DNA of 64,000 bases from Adineta vaga. Taxonomy: Eukaryota; Animalia; Rotifera. Made by a program: the position numbers and the translations under genes. The notes beneath the pieces are model-generated. The model was not told where the DNA came from and searched no databases. It worked only from the letters and a program-made list of their open reading frames with translations. The DNA lies in assembly GCA_021613535.1 (NCBI GenBank), contig CP075494.1, forward strand, positions 62,001 to 126,000. The letters run 5' to 3'. Positions 63,112 to 64,000 of this stretch are shown in pieces (the first letter of the stretch is position 1; each line of letters opens with the position of its first letter).

Positions 63112-64000
63112 CTAATGTAGTTGATGTACATAGTGAGTTGAATTAGTATGAAATAACTCAGATTTGTATTTGTTAATACATTCCATACTAGCATTGATAT
63201 TAGCTAAACGTTGATCAATAAGATGTAACATAAATGAACTGAAGTTGTCATTGGTACGCAATGCCCTACTAATTTTCCACAATTCATTCTTGCCATTATG
63301 AAATTGTTTTTCATAAAAACTTATTTGTTTTTCGATTGAGCTGATATAATTTGAATATGTATTATGTTTTGTATGTTCCACAATAATTTTATATTGTTCA
63401 TATAGTTGTTCTTGAAGACTTGGTTGTTCAATACAATTAATCTGAGGTATTTCAACTATGGATTGATGATCAAATGGATGAAACGATAGATGTACGAATG
63501 CGTTATTTTTCAATAAATTTAATTCATGTTTTGTTTTTTCTAAGTTTGTTTTCATATGACAGAGTCGTTCTACTAATTGTATCTAGAATAAATGTATACA
63601 GAGAAAACGAAATACTTGACACACACAGATGTAATTGATAAAACTTACTAGTTGATCCGTTGGTTTCTCAACTAAATATTGCCTCTGTAAGATTTCATCA
63701 ATATGATCATACCGAATAAGTGCTTTTTGACAATCGATCTCGAGATGTAAAGTAACAATTCCTTGTCGAATGAATTTTTCAATTATATATTCCGTACATG
63801 GCGTATAGTCTGATAGAGAACTCGTCTTAATACGTAATCCATGTCGATATTCTTCTATTGTCGTATACAATTGATTAAGACAACCATTAACAAAATTTAA
63901 ACAAGCATTATCTTCATGTTTGAGAGAATCATTTGATGACTGATAGATTTCCAGTAATGATAAAACTTCTCTTGACCAAATATTTCTCTGTGTTTCGTTG
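63112..64000 (-). CDS. Terminon coiled-coil ORF (3' part, spliced)
   Basis: Aligns with 37888-38457 and 36665-37879 (IWSREV/VWPEEV; LEKTKHELNLLK/LEKAKRELIELK; IDQRLANI/LELRLDNI); same intron position. Confidence 0.75.

Larger units (their letters stand above)
62733..64000 (-). mobile_element. 3' end of a Terminon, continues off window
   Basis: Coiled-coil ORF, then hammerhead, then telomere-repeat junction. Confidence 0.85.

Overview
AT-rich eukaryotic DNA with short (about 50-60 nt) GT-AG introns. The gene families, the (TGTGGG/TGAGGG)n telomere-type repeats and the Athena/Terminon retroelements point to a bdelloid rotifer subtelomeric or rearrangement-rich region (inference). Mobile DNA dominates. 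It includes three Terminon/Athena (Penelope-like) segments, with three hammerhead ribozymes and telomere-repeat junctions in two of them; a full-length Hebe/jockey-like LINE joined directly onto a truncated Terminon; a 5'-truncated LINE; MULE, mariner and Tc5-like DNA transposons; and several fold-back MITEs. Host genes are a probably catalytically dead JmjC fused to two RRMs, a secreted 6-Cys peptide precursor, a large repeated-module membrane protein, an E2 enzyme, a divergent pair of WWE-ART (R-S-E) ADP-ribosyltransferases, an NHL-repeat protein and several orphan gene fragments. Least explained observations: (1) a two-copy ~190-bp TG...CA element with 5-bp TSDs that carries a tRNA-like Pol III unit; (2) recurrent head-to-head telomere-repeat scars, two at demonstrable breakpoints; (3) the JmjC-RRM fusion; (4) the Cys-rich peptide. 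Coordinates were read by eye and may be off by a few bases.
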